This document shows, piece after piece, positions 26,006 to 38,307 of a DNA stretch of 64,000 bases. A program made the position numbers and the translations under genes. The notes beneath the pieces were generated by a model that did not search any database, was not told the origin of the DNA, and saw only the letters and a program-made list of their open reading frames with translations. Each line of letters begins with the position of its first letter. Within the stretch, counting starts at the first letter, position 1. This stretch comes from Ginglymostoma cirratum (taxonomy: Eukaryota): NCBI GenBank assembly GCA_024137785.1, contig JAHRHZ010000267.1, positions 6,986,512 to 7,050,511 of the forward strand, written 5' to 3'.

Positions 26006-26199
26006 TTTGCAGTCTGTTGATGTTGGTACTCCCACAAATGGCAGGTTTTAGACTGTGGTTGTATATAATCCTGCTGCTGCTGCATACATAGAACTCTGCA
26101 TGTATGGCCATCCTAGACCTGTTTGAAATCTATCATGTTTCGCAGGGAGTGTCAACCAAACATGACAGCGGGCATCCTTAATGCGAAATCCCCATTCAG

Positions 26200-26416
26200 T
26201 GTAAAAAAAATTGCCACCACGTTTTCTAGATTTTTAGCAGGTGCACAGAGGGTAAATATTATCTTCATCAAACAAATTTAAATAACATATAGTGGATGAA
26301 GATTTTAGCAGTGCTTTGGAAAAATGTTTTTATCATATTCTAATTACAAAACCAAGACACGTAGCCTGGAACTGCATCTGTTGCAAGATTACTAAAAGAT
26401 TTAAAACTTGATGTTC
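26200..26416. repeat. Local duplication copy A (paralog of 29485-29694)
   Basis: Colinear with copy B: tttaaataacatat, gctttggaaaa, gtagcctgg, ctaaaag..ttaaaacttgatgttc. Confidence 0.85.
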
Positions 26417-26423
26417 TTTAGAA

Positions 26424-26558
26424 AATTTCTGAAGAAGGGTCCAGACCCGAAACGTCAGCTTTCCTGCTCCTCTGATGCTGCCTGGCCTGGTGTGTTCATC
26501 CAGCTCTACACCTTGTTATCTCAGATTCTCCAGTATCGGTAGTTCCTACTACCTCTCA
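26424..26558 (+). mobile_element. Penelope-derived terminus with hammerhead motif
   Basis: tttCTGAAGA-aGGGTCcaGACCC-GAAA-CGTC-agc, then ttcctgctcctctgatgctg..ttgttatctcagattctccag. Confidence 0.8.
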
Positions 26559-26987
26559 GAAATTACAATGTCCTGTTTTAAGCAGAGAATAGATAATACA
26601 AGGAATTTCAAAGTTTTCCTGAAGCCCACTTGTTCACAGGATGGAATCAACTTGACGAATTGATTAAACTCAGGATCTAGGTTGGTCAACAATTGCAGAT
26701 GGCGTGAATATGAAGACTGTCTGGAACAGGCTGAGATGTTTTCATTTCTAGATGTTGCCCAGTGAAAACAAAAGGGCCAGCAAGTGAAGTGTCCATCACA
26801 ATCCAATAGAGGGTGACCTAACAGAAGTACATGCTGGCAATAACTACTGCCCCAGCATTGCTGGACTGCATTAGTGAAAACTATGTAGTCTTGAGGGCTG
26901 TAAATCAAATTTTAAACCACGTTACCATTAGTTTTCATATATCTGGAAATATATATTCTTGGGTAAGAACACCATTTTTTTTAAAAA

Positions 26988-27330
26988 TTCATTCACAGGA
27001 TGAGGACATCACTGGCTAGGCCAGGATTTAGTGCCCGTCCCTAACCAGCCAGAAGGCGGTTAGGAGTCAACCATATTGCTGTGGGTCTAGAGTCACACGT
27101 AGACCAGACCAGGTGAGGATGGTAAATTTACTTCCTTGAAGGATATTAATGAGCCAGATGGAATTTTTTTTTTTTGCCTGACTATCAACAATTCTTAATT
27201 CCGAACTTTTTTAAATTGAATTCAAATTCCACCATCTGTAGTGGTGGGATTTTTCAACCCAGGTCCCCAGAACATTGGCTCAGCTTCTGGATTAATCATC
27301 TAGTGATAACATCACTGGGCCATCACCTCT
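26988..27330 (-). mobile_element. tRNA-derived SINE (second family)
   Basis: Colinear with 28710-29050 and 44555-44870; minus-strand tRNA-like head (tggcc.agtg.t..ctgggtt..aatccc) and LINE-like tail. Confidence 0.75.
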
Positions 27331-28709
27331 TCTAAATGGCCCAATGACCTTTTACAAATCTGTATGACCACATAATCAAAACTTTGCTGCTGCAACAAAA
27401 GTCAGTGAATGTCAAGCATCAAATTTCTAGCTGCTCTTACTGGGATATCTCTGGCACTACAGACCACTATCCTCAGTTTGCTGCATCAATGCCTCAGTGA
27501 ACTAACCAGCATGTACACAAGTGGCAAATAGTCTACAGCCCTGAAGTAATCTTGAAATTCCATTTATTAAGGCACTAATTCATATAATGTCAGTTTCAGT
27601 CACTTTTACAGGTAAATGCATTTCACACATTCATAAGATAAACTGGGTATTCATGACTTATATTTATACTTTGCAATTCATATAAACTTTAGACAGAATG
27701 GTGAAACACTGCAGCATTTATGTGCCCTTAATTGTCCTCTTTTGTGCTCAATCCGAACATGAAGCCCAACATAAAACAAGTTCTTCCATCTAATAATGGC
27801 ACACAAAGCTCAACAAATCCTGTTGATACATGAAAGCAAAAAAAAAATGTATTCAGACCACATATTGTTTGGACTTAAATGTAAAATATGTGGAGCCATA
27901 ATTTTAAAACGCACTTCAAGACCTTAACAAATAACGCAGGCAGTCCTTTGTTACTTCACCCACACACTTCAGCGATCCTGCGTCAGACTTCCTCACTGCA
28001 CTCTGCAATGCCAACTGCCAGATCCTCCAATAGATCAGCCTTCACTCCTCCTCAAAAAAGTCAAACAATAGGACCATGTTTGGTTCCGGCATTAAACAAA
28101 ATTTAGCATATTCCAAAAAACATTTCACAAAGCACCAGCTGTAAAACAGTACATGCTGCAAACAAAAGGGAAAGGCATGCTGTTTATTATACTCGTGGAA
28201 GACAATTAACCTCAGTCACTTGAGTTAGTTGTGCTTCATTGAACTGAATTAAGCCATTACACCTGCCACGTTCTCCTCTTTTTCAAGAATTCAACTGATT
28301 TATTCTTCCTCTGTTTCAAATGTGCATTTATTTCTCCTTAAATATGCAAAGTCTCAGGCTCAGCCACTCCCGGTGGTAAACCATTTTGTGCTCTAATTCT
28401 GCATAAAGAATTGCCATCCACCTCTCTTCAACTTAATTTGTCCATCACCAATGCTTCAACCAAAAGGAATTAAAGACTCAGTTTCACTGGAGATCATCCC
28501 AATGTCCCCAGTTATTTTGTCTTGCCCCCGGCATAAGTGAATCTACATTATGTTGTCTCTGACTTAAAAGGGCTGTACATAACTCAATACAGAAAAGCTA
28601 CATCTCAAAATTCACATATGACAAACTTAACTGCAAAGAGCTTCCTCTCTAAAACCCCATGTTCCTGTGGCCAGTGCAAGAAATCTTGTATCTAAGTATT
28701 TCTTTCCTT

Positions 28710-29050
28710 ATTCATTAACAGGATGATGGCATCACTGGTTAGTGTGCCAGCATTTATTCCCATCCTTAGCTGCCCTCTGCACAGCATTGCAGTGGGTCTG
28801 GAGTCACATGTATGTCAGACCAGGTAAGGATGGCAGTTTCCTTCCCAAAAGGGCATTAGTGAACCAGATGGATTTTTCTGACAGCCAACAATGGATTCGT
28901 GGTCATCATTAGACTTTTAATTCCAGATGTTTTTGTTGAATTCAAATTCCACCATCTGCTGTGGTGAGATTTAAACCTGGGTCTCCAGAATATTATCTAG
29001 GTCTCTGAATTAACAGTCCAGCGATAATACCAATAGGCCACCGCCTCCCC
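28710..29050 (-). mobile_element. tRNA-derived SINE (same family as 26988)
   Basis: Minus head ggggaggcggtggcctattggtattatcgctggactgttaattcagagacc..ggtttaaatctcacc. Confidence 0.8.
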
Positions 29051-29484
29051 ATTGCCATGACAAAGATAAGAAATGTTAGTGCTGGATGATAGAGCATTTT
29101 CTGTCAAGTTTAGAACAGAATTCCAGCCACAAGTTGTCCAGATTTAGATGCAAACTGCATGTTCTCCACCTCTGCTTGAAAACAGGCTGCAAATTCTCAT
29201 ACCCACAACAGCAGACCTTATATCTTTGGATATCTGAGTCAGGCTACATAAATTTCATAGTCAGTTGGGTGCTAATGGGTTCATGGCCCCTCAAAAATAG
29301 CTGATTTTGCATCAATCCTTCTATGGCATTACCTTCTAATTAAGAAGCAATAATAACCTGTTTCTACACAGTCGGGACGAAACACTAAAAATACGGTCTT
29401 TTTTGCCTTAATGTGCAGAGCGCACACCTTTATGTTACAATACATTCATTGGTGCTGCTTCCAATCATTAAAGATCGTCCAGAG

Positions 29485-29694
29485 AGAAAGTGCATCACAA
29501 TTCTCTCTATAATTTCAGCAGTTGAACAGAAGGCAAATATCATTTTCAAATAGGTTTAAATAACATATCGCGGATAAAGATTGCAGCAGGGCTTTGGAAA
29601 ATTGTTTGTAACGTATTCTCATCACAAAGCCATGACATGTAGCCTGGTACCTCAACTGTTATAAGATGTACTAAAAGCTTAAAACTTGATGTTC
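29485..29694. repeat. Local duplication copy B (paralog of 26200-26416)
   Basis: Colinear with copy A over ~210 bp; not recognised as any of the TE families seen elsewhere in the window. Confidence 0.85.
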
Positions 29695-29879
29695 CTCATG
29701 TTACCTCAGCTTACGGCACTCGCTTCCCTTGTGAAAATCTAAAGCCAAAGTTTCATAAGTAAACACCAAGTACACAAGCCTCTGAATTGCAGCAAAGATC
29801 ACAACCCAGATCGTAAATCCTAGATCAGACATTACATTCTTTTCTTCAGTTGACCTTGAATTGCAGTATATCACTTTTT

Positions 29880-31660
29880 AGCCATACCAGAAAATTCTCC
29901 AACTCCCCAAAGATGAACTTGGACACCCACGTAATGTGGCAGAAGTTGAAGCCACCACTAGACACATGAAAAATGGAAAAGCTGCAGTAGTGGACGGATA
30001 CCAGAACAAATTTTCAAACTTCGAGGAGCAGAGTTTACACATCATCTCCAACAACTGGTCCCAAAAATCTGGGCCAAAGAAGAAACCCCTCATGATATTA
30101 GGGATGTTGCCATCGCCACTGTCTTCAAGAAAAGAGACAAAGTGGACTCCGGGAACTACCAAGGAATCTTCCTACTCTTCACAGCTGGGAAGATCATCAC
30201 TCGAATCCTCGCTGGTGGCTTCTCCCAGTTACTGAGAAAATCCTTCCTAAAAACCAGTATAGTTTCCAACTGAACCGTGGAACAATGGACACTGTTTTCA
30301 CTCCTCAGCAATTCCAAATGAACAACACCAACCACGCTACATGGCTTTCATTGGTCTGACCAAGGCCTTTGACTCATTCGAGAGGTGCTATGGAAGACCC
30401 TGTCATAGGCCAGTGTCCAATGAAATTTGTCAACACTCTCCATGTCCTCCAATACAAGATGTCGGTATGGTCCTCGCAGACAGTAATATAACAGAATCCT
30501 TTGATTCGCGCACACCTTTTTCTTCATCTTCACCTTGTCAAGAACAAACTGCCCAGTAATGTGGACACTACACTGGTCGGAAAACCTCTCAACCTCAACT
30601 AGTTGAAATCCAAGAAGAAAATGACAGTGACCTGCGGAACATCAGTACGTAGAAGATAATGTCATCTCTGCTCTCTCGGAACAGAATCTTCAAGCCTTGC
30701 TTAATGCCTTTGCGGAAGCACAGTGGAAGAATCAGTCTCAGCATTAAACTCAGGAAGACTCAAATCCTTTACCAACCAAACCCAGGTCAAGTTCCAGTTC
30801 CTCCATCCATTAAGATAAATGAAGATATCCTCCCAAATATGGAACATTTCCCTTATCCGGGATGCCACCTCTCATTTCTGATGCAGAGATTCAGCATTGC
30901 ATCCAGTCTGCGAGTGCCACCTCTGGACACCCAAGGATGAGAGTCTTCAATGACTGCGACATCTATGCTGATACCAAGATCCTTATGTATAAGGCTGCTA
31001 TCCTTCCAAATCTTCTACATTGCTCCAAAACCTGGACTATGTATAGATGCCACCTCAAGACTCTTGAGAAGAACCATCCACGCAGTTTGAGACGGATTCT
31101 CCGCATCAGCTGGGTTGACCAGCACACTAACGTCAGCATCCCTGAAGCAGCTAACAGCATCAGAATCGCGTCATAATCATCCAAAACCAACTCCATTGGG
31201 CAGGCCCAAGTTCCGACTGTCAAACGAAATTATCTTCACCCAGCTCAAGGAAGGCAGTCAAGTGAGAGCAGGACAAAAACGCATTTCAAAGACTGTCTAA
31301 AGGCTTCCCTCAAGAAATGCAATCTAGATTTCCACGCAACGGGAGACCACTGTTTGGAAGAAACTAAATTGGAGAAAACCCCTGTAAAAAAGGTTCACAA
31401 TGGATTGCAATTCTTTGACAACACCCATCAGCAGGAGGGTGTGCAGGAGAGAAACAGGACAGAGGAATGCCAATGATCTCAAGGCCAAAGATCACTTCCA
31501 CCTCCTGTAAACACCTACTAAATGTGGTCGGAGATGGGACTCCAGGATCAGGATCATTTGCCACACAAGGACCAACAGAACCAATGACCAGTGACACAGA
31601 ACTTCCGAGGTAGACGATCATACTCACTACTGAGCGATTGTCAATGATACCAGGAGAATG
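29880..31660 (+). mobile_element. Degenerate RTE/BovB-like LINE
   Basis: EVEATTRHMKNGKAAVVDG; MAFIGLTKAFDS; KTQILYQP..MEHFPYPG; TKILMYKAAILPNLLHCSKTWTMYRCHLKTLEK..LRRILRISW. Confidence 0.85.
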
Positions 31661-32677
31661 AGGGGTATTTTCCTGGCTTGTGCTAGTGGATAAAACTGTA
31701 ACTGAATTCACCATGACCTACTGTTCAAATATTTCAAAAGACTGGGTTACTCCTCCTTCTAGCCTGACTTTTTGTCATCATATGTTCTAAGAAATATAAA
31801 CATTTCTTGAGTCTCTGTTTCAGGTGAAAATCTAAACTAAAAAAATAGACTGTATCTACACATTAGTCTAGAGTTTCTTAACATGTTTGAATTTTTACAG
31901 GTTTGCAAAATTTGAATCATAACTGGCCTAATAAATGAGCATTCTGAAACAGAGAGAATTTCAGTACTATTGTTATTTGGGGATCAATGAAATTTAAACT
32001 AACGTAAAATTTTCCTCTTACTTTTCCCTTTCCTCCTCCTTTTGACTTTTTCTTTCATGATGTATTTTGTTTGAACACTGGTAGTCCCCTTACAGAGAAT
32101 CATGCAATTATCAAGACTTCAATAAAACAACTCTGTCAGTGACTTGCAGAACAAACAGCAACTTAGTCAGGAGTGTACTTGCCCAGCCACAGGGAGGCAG
32201 TTGTCTTCAATCGCCTTAGTACCACAGTCAGTGATTTTATAAGTCACATCAAACCTGTGTACTTGCAATGTCTCCTCACGTTTTCTACTATTATATTTCC
32301 ATCACCCCAACAAACAGTTAAGTAATTTCAGTTTGCAGATTTGGCTAGAGGGAAAGTGAGACTACGGGGTTAGAACCAGAAAGGAGGTAAAAGAAGAAAA
32401 AAAAAACAGGTGTTCAGAAAAATGGAAAACCACAATGCTTGCATTACCTACCCTGGCAGCTAAAGAAAATATTGGAAAACAAATTAAGTCAATATCCCAA
32501 TCCACTCCAAGTCCCAATCATCCTTCACTGTGTGCTCATTGCTCAACAGTGGTTCCTAGTCCAGTCCATTCTTGTCTTCAAATCTTCCATGACCTTGCCC
32601 TTTCTATTCCTGCAACCTCCTCCAGCATCAGAATGCTTGGGGGGAGGGGGTGTGAAGGGTGTGAGGGGGTGAGGGGG

Positions 32678-32992
32678 GGGCAGCAGGTTGGCTCAGTGGT
32701 TAGCACTGTTGTCTTAAAACGCCAGGGGCCCGGATTTGATTCCAGCCTTGGTCTGTATGGAGTTTGCACATTCTCCCCGTGTCTGCGTGGGTTTCTTCCG
32801 GGTGCTCCGGTTCCCTCCCACAGTCCAAAGATGTGCAGGTTAGGTCAATTAGCTATGCTAAATCGCCCAAAGTGTTTAGCGTGGGAAATGCAGAGATAGG
32901 GTCGGGCATGCGTCTGAGTGGGATGTTCTTTAGAGGGTCGGTGTGGACTCAAATGGGCCAAATGGCCTGCTTCCACACTGTAGGGATTCTAC
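32678..32992 (+). mobile_element. HE1-type tRNA-derived SINE
   Basis: tggctcagtggttagcactg head, ttgcacattctccccgtgtctgcgtgggtttc core, HER1-like tail acactgtagggattct. Confidence 0.85.
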
Positions 32993-33720
32993 AGATCTCT
33001 GTTACTTCAATTCAAGCGTCCTCTATTTCCCAATTTTCTTCACACCAGCATTGGCAGCCATGCCTTTGGCTGCCAAGGCCCCAACTTCTCCCATCCCTAA
33101 GTTTGTTTTCTTCCCTCTCCACGTTTATGAAGCATTATAAAATATACTTTCTGCCTGACCTCAAATCTCTATGTGGCTTTGTGTTGATTCGTTTGAAAAT
33201 GGTCCCTGTAAAGCGGATTGGAACATTTTACTAAATTAAAAGCCACAATATAAACACAGGCTGTTGTTAAAATCCAAATTGTAACCTTGTCCTCTCTCAA
33301 GAGAGATACCAATACCAGTCTCATATTGCCAATTATATATAGAATTACAGAAAAATCTATACTACAATGATCAAATAAAGCATGACACTGAGGATAACAG
33401 AACTTACAAACATTTGAATAGGATACTTAACTTGAACAATATGCAGCTGAATCCTTCACATACAAGTGGAGATGAGCTTGCAGTCTTTCTGTATATTAAT
33501 AGCTGAACCCTTGGAGGGAGTGGAGCGACAATATACCATTTCTAAATACTGAAATACAGCCACTAAATATCCCCAATACAAGACTGCACTGTTGCTTACC
33601 ACAGTTCTCTGTAGAATTTAATAAATAATACAAACCATGCAGGTTGCCAGTCAGTCCGTAGTTGCAAAGCACAATTTCTTCCCTGGTTGGAGGAATGGAA
33701 AGCATGTCGGAAGAACTTAC

Positions 33721-33802
33721 TTTTAAACACTCTTACAGACTTTGTTTCCATATATTCTTCTACAATCAGAAACTGTCTGCTTGTCAAGAATTTGACAGCT
33801 TT
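33721..33802 (-). CDS. Putative exon 2 of an unidentified minus-strand gene
   Basis: Acceptor ctcattgcag, donor AAAA|gtaagt; 82 nt, open in frame with exon 1 (KAVKFLTSRQFLIVEEYMETKSVRVFK); the other two frames contain stops. Confidence 0.5.
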
Positions 33803-35399
33803 CTGCAATGAGGTAGCACTAAGGTTTGCTTTATAGAAAAAATTTTTGCAGGATTCACACTCCCAGTTTATTTTCTTTAGGAAATAAACGCACACGAGAA
33901 TCCAAAAAAAATCAATCAAAAATCAATGCTACCAAATTTGAGGTGAGGCATCCGCTGCAATAACCATTTTATGAACATAAAACACTTCTCCCCATAATAC
34001 CCAAACATTGGCATCTTAATTTTTGATCACTCATCTTAATATCAAAACCTACTCATTATCCGAAATACTCAAGCAAAGTGGGATAAGGCGTGCTAGCAAG
34101 CAACAGGATGTGGGTTTGCCACATGATTCCCACCATACCAAGATCCTAATCTACCAAGGGAAGGAGAATTACACAAAATTGCATGGCTTCAAAACCGGAA
34201 CTATTCAGTACCAAGCAGGTGCCTCAGGAAAGTTTGCCATAGTACGACGCTCAACAGCAAACCTTTACTGTGAAATGTTGAATTAGCAAAGGGCAATGGT
34301 TCAGAGCTAATTCAGGACAGACATCAGGAAGTCTACGTACACAGTAATGAACTCCTGCAATGGGTTAGCAAGCGTTTGATTGAGACTTGTGTAACAAACA
34401 ACTCGACAGTACACTGATGGAAAGACAGTGGAAATATTTTTCAGGGCAAATTACAAGAAATCATAAGGGCACTTCTTCACCCAAAATTATTTAACAATAC
34501 AAAAAAATGCTGTTTGCCCATAAATCTACATACAGTCAGTTCAAAGACAGGAAAGGTTTAGGAAATGACTCTTTGTCCATCAGCTCAGCACAGAAATAGA
34601 ACTAGTCTTTAAACCAAATTAAACATATAAATCAGCCAGTTTATTAATACAAGCGGAATTCCCTGAATTACAAACTTTAAGTCGCTATCACCATCTGTTT
34701 TTTTTCACACACTGAACAATTCAACAAAATTCAGAAATACGTTTAAGCAGCAAATCCACAAATACAGCATTGATGTGAGTTGATTAAAAGGTAAATGACA
34801 TGGAACCTGAATCTCATGTTTGGAACTGAATGACGTATTATGCCTTTTCTCCTCTGGCAAGAGTGATGGGAAACAAAATGTTTAGGAAATCCCAACGCTC
34901 AACAGCAGGGTAGCTTGGTAATGCTATCGTGAGTGACAGGTCTCATAATTATAAGAGACCACCAGCACTGTGAATATGAGAAGTTTTCCAATTCCTCCTA
35001 TTTGTTCTAAGTCAAGACCATGGAGACACTGAATAGGCCATTAGTTGGAACAGACAACTGGGGCAAATACGACAAGCAATGTAAGATAGGGAATAGACAA
35101 AGTCCGGGAGGCAGAGATGTGAGCAGGGAGATGAGAATAGTTACATGCATGGTTGGAAGGAGGGCAGTGATTTTGTAGGGAAAGGAGAAAAACAAACTCA
35201 GGGCAAGGTCTGTGGAAGGGAAATAGGTACTGATGCTGGACATGGAGTCAGTGGGCACAGTCTCAGGACGTGTGCAACAAGTTGGACGAAGTGAACACAG
35301 ACGCTGGGGGTGGTGTGCAGGGTGTACAAGAGAGTAGCTGCATTCTGGGGGAGTGAGAGTGTTGTGAGGATGTGAGAGTGTTGCAGCGAAATGGGTGTG

Positions 35400-35735
35400 T
35401 TGCGGGGAGGAATACGTTTTGGAGAAGGAAGGGGTGTATGTTATGGGGAGGGGGTGCATTATGGGGAAGGGGGCATGTTATGGGGAGGGGCTGCATTATG
35501 GGGCTGGAGGCAGGGTGCACTATGGGGGAAGAGGATCGGGGTTATGTTATTGGGGAGTGGTTGTCTTATTGGGGAAGGCTGTGTGTTGTGGGGAGAGGGG
35601 TTGTGTTATGGGGAGGGGTGTATTAGGGGAGGTGGTGGGGTTATGTTTGATGGGGAGTGTGTTATGGCGAGGGGGTGTTATGGGGGGGTGGGGAGTCTGT
35701 TATAAGGGGAGGGGTTGTGTTATGGGAGGTGGGGC
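35400..35735 (+). repeat. Degenerate G-rich minisatellite (~TGTGTTATGGGGAGGGG)
   Basis: Many imperfect ~18-20 nt units of tg(t/c)(g/a)ttatgggga/ggggg. Confidence 0.8.
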
Positions 35736-35790
35736 AGTCTAAGCCTCGGGGCCTCCCTCACCCACTCCCCTTGCTTCCTACCTCACTCAC

Positions 35791-35841
35791 GCTCGACACT
35801 TCCATTTTTTGCCAGTGCTCCTCCAGCTGGACAAACGGCAT
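35791..35841 (-). CDS. Putative coding part of exon 1 (MPFVQLEEHWQKMEVSS), unidentified gene
   Basis: ATG at 35841 inside the CpG island; consensus donor |GTGAGT at 35790-35785 in phase 0; could instead be 5'UTR/uORF. Confidence 0.45.
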
Positions 35842-35843
35842 CC

Positions 35844-35876
35844 CTAGTCCCGCCGCCAGGCGCGGCCGTTGTTCAT
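35844..35876 (-). promoter_or_regulatory. Upstream ORF MNNGRAWRRD*
   Basis: caacATGAACAACGGCCGCGCCTGGCGGCGGGACTAG ends 2 nt before the next ATG. Confidence 0.45.
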
Positions 35877-36369
35877 GTTGCTGCTGCTGCGGCGGCGGGA
35901 GGGCACAGACTGGCAGCGGGCAGATTCTCAGCGTCAGCCACACAAACACCGCCAACGACTCGGACACAGACTGGGACAGCGCCCCTCCCCCATCGCCCAG
36001 CCGCCCACCCCCAACCTGACCCCACCCACTGCTACGTGGCTGACGTCAGCCCGCTAGTGACATCAGTGCGCCCCTCTCCTCCACCTGCCCCCTCAACCCC
36101 GCCCTTGCGCGCGGGAGAGCGCGCCCCCGCTACCGTCGTGCACACGCCCATTCAATTCCCAGGCACCAAGTTATCAATGCTAGCTGCGGATCAGTGGGTC
36201 TCTGAAATTAACCATGTGATCATCACTACATTTACCAACTTTAGGGATTAATACTCACTCCATTCATCACTGAAAAAATTAATACTTGTTCATTTTACCG
36301 CTTTTATGGATTAATACACCTCCGTTTATCAATTTCGGGGATAATACCCTGTGTCTCCAGTAGGATTGT

Positions 36370-37455
36370 GGAGAGTCACCGAGGTATACTGCATGGATAT
36401 ACACCCTTTGTTCCATTGTCGTCCATGCTGACAACATATCCGATATAAATCTAGTCCCATTTGCCAGGATTTGGCCCATATCCCTCTGAACCCATCCTAT
36501 TCATTTGCCCATCCAAATGTCTCTTAAATGTTGTAATTGTACCAGCCCCCACCACTTCTTCATGCACCACCCTCCATGTGAAAAAGCCGCCCCTTAGGTG
36601 CCTTTTAAATCTTTCCCCTCTTACCTTAAACCTATGCCCTCTAATTTTGGATTTCACCATTCTGGGGAAAAGACCTTGGCTATTTACCGTTTCCCTCATG
36701 ATTTTATAAACCTCTATAAGGTCACCCCATCAGTCTCCAACAGTCCAGGGAATAGAGCCCCAGCCTATTCAGCATATCACTATAGCTCAAACCCTCCAGT
36801 CTTGGCAACATCCCTGTAAATTTTTTTCTAGGCCCTTTCCAGTTTCACAATATCCTTCCCTTACCAGGGAGACCAGAATTGCATGCAGTATTCCAAAAGT
36901 GTCCAAATGTCCTGTGCAGCCTCACCATGATTTCCCAAATCCTACACTGAATGCACTGACTAACAAAGGCAAGCATACCAAATGCCTTCTTCACTGTCCT
37001 ATGTACCTATGACTCCACTTTCAAGGAACTATGAACATGTACTCCAAGGTCTCTATGTTTAGCAACACGCCCTGGACCTTGCCATTAAGTGTATAAGTCG
37101 TGCCCTGAATTGCCTTTCCAAAATGCAGCACCTCACATTTATCTAAATTAAATTCCCATCAGCAACTCCTCAGCACAGCAGCCCATCTCCCCAAGATCCC
37201 ATTGTACTCTGAGGTAACCTTCTTCACTGTCCACTGCACCTCCAAGTCCAGTATCATCTGCAAACTTACTAACCATACCTCCTATGTTCACATCCAAATC
37301 ATTTACATAAATGACAAAAAGCCGTGGACCCAGCACCAATCCTTGTGGCACACCGCTGGTCACAGGCCTCCAGTCTGAAAAGCAACCCTCGACCATCACC
37401 CTTTGTCTTCTACCTTTGAGCCCATTCCATATCCAAACTGCTAGTTCTCCCACTG
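36370..37455 (-). mobile_element. CR1/HER1 LINE RT-to-3' fragment
   Basis: RRQRVMVEGCFSDWRPVTSGVPQG..LGP.LF.IYVNDLD..SKFADDT and RGHRFKVRGERF. Confidence 0.9.
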
Positions 37456-38307
37456 TAATGCAACTTTCTGCAGTCTATCCATTTAAAATACATTCAGTTC
37501 TCCCATTCTTCCTACCAAAGTGCATAACTTACCTTCCTCCATGTTATATTCCACAAAGTTCTTCCCTATTCATTTAACCTGTCCACATCCTTCAATGGAC
37601 TTTTTGTGACATCCTATCCACTTGCTTTCCCATAGACTTTGGTGATCATCCACAAACTTTTTGACAGTACATTGACTTTTGTCATCAAAGTTGTTAATGT
37701 ACATTGTGAATAATTGTGGCCCCAGCACCAAAACCTGTGGCAATCCACAAGTTATAAGTTGTCATCCTGAAATTGCTCCTTTACTTCAACTTTCTAGGAC
37801 TTCTACTAGTTAGCCAATCCTCTGTCCATGCTAATACACTATCTCTAACACCATGGGCTCTTATCATATGTCCATTGATTCCATAAAGCCACCCACCTGC
37901 AATAAGATATAGGGAGGGATTGAGAATGATCAAAGTGGATGGGAGGGCCGTTAGTGGTGACGAAGGGGTAGGAAAGCCAGTGAAATGCCCCCAGTGAGTG
38001 AGCAGGAAGCATGGTCAACTATCCATGACACAAGCAAGAAATGTATATCCTCAGCAAAAGAGTTTAGAATGTACAGATCCTCGATAACCTCAAATGAAAG
38101 TCCATAGAGGTTCAGGGAGAATGGTGAAATTGCCTTCCGGACTTTCCTGGTAAAGAACAGAGATTTTGTGGGTGGAGAGCAGGAAGATGTGTAAATAGTA
38201 AATGGGGATAAAGACTTGACGGGGAAATGTAGGATTGAAAGGTTAACTGTACCTTCACTTGAAGAATAACTACTGAGGATGTGTATAAGAAGTTACATTA
38301 GCAGGAG

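Larger units (their letters stand above)
35750..36150 (-). promoter_or_regulatory. CpG-island promoter with CRE and GC boxes
   Basis: Locally CpG-rich (cgcggccg, gcgcgcgggagagcgcgc); TGACGTCA at 36041-36048, TGACATCA at 36058-36065, GC box ccgccc at 36001. Confidence 0.75.

Noticed and set aside
27950-28139. Possible minus exon WCFVKCFLEYAKFCLMPEPNMVLLFDFFEEE*
   Set aside because: Phase is incompatible with exon 2 without an unseen exon; no clear donor or homology
33721-33750. METKSVRVFK(K) resembling the arrestin N-terminus (RVFKK)
   Set aside because: No downstream YLGKRDF-type exon was found, and the exon structure does not match arrestins
35007-36251. Several 85-180 aa ORFs on both strands
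   Set aside because: Products of low-complexity G-rich/GC-rich sequence lacking stops; no protein-like signal except the short spliced frame reported
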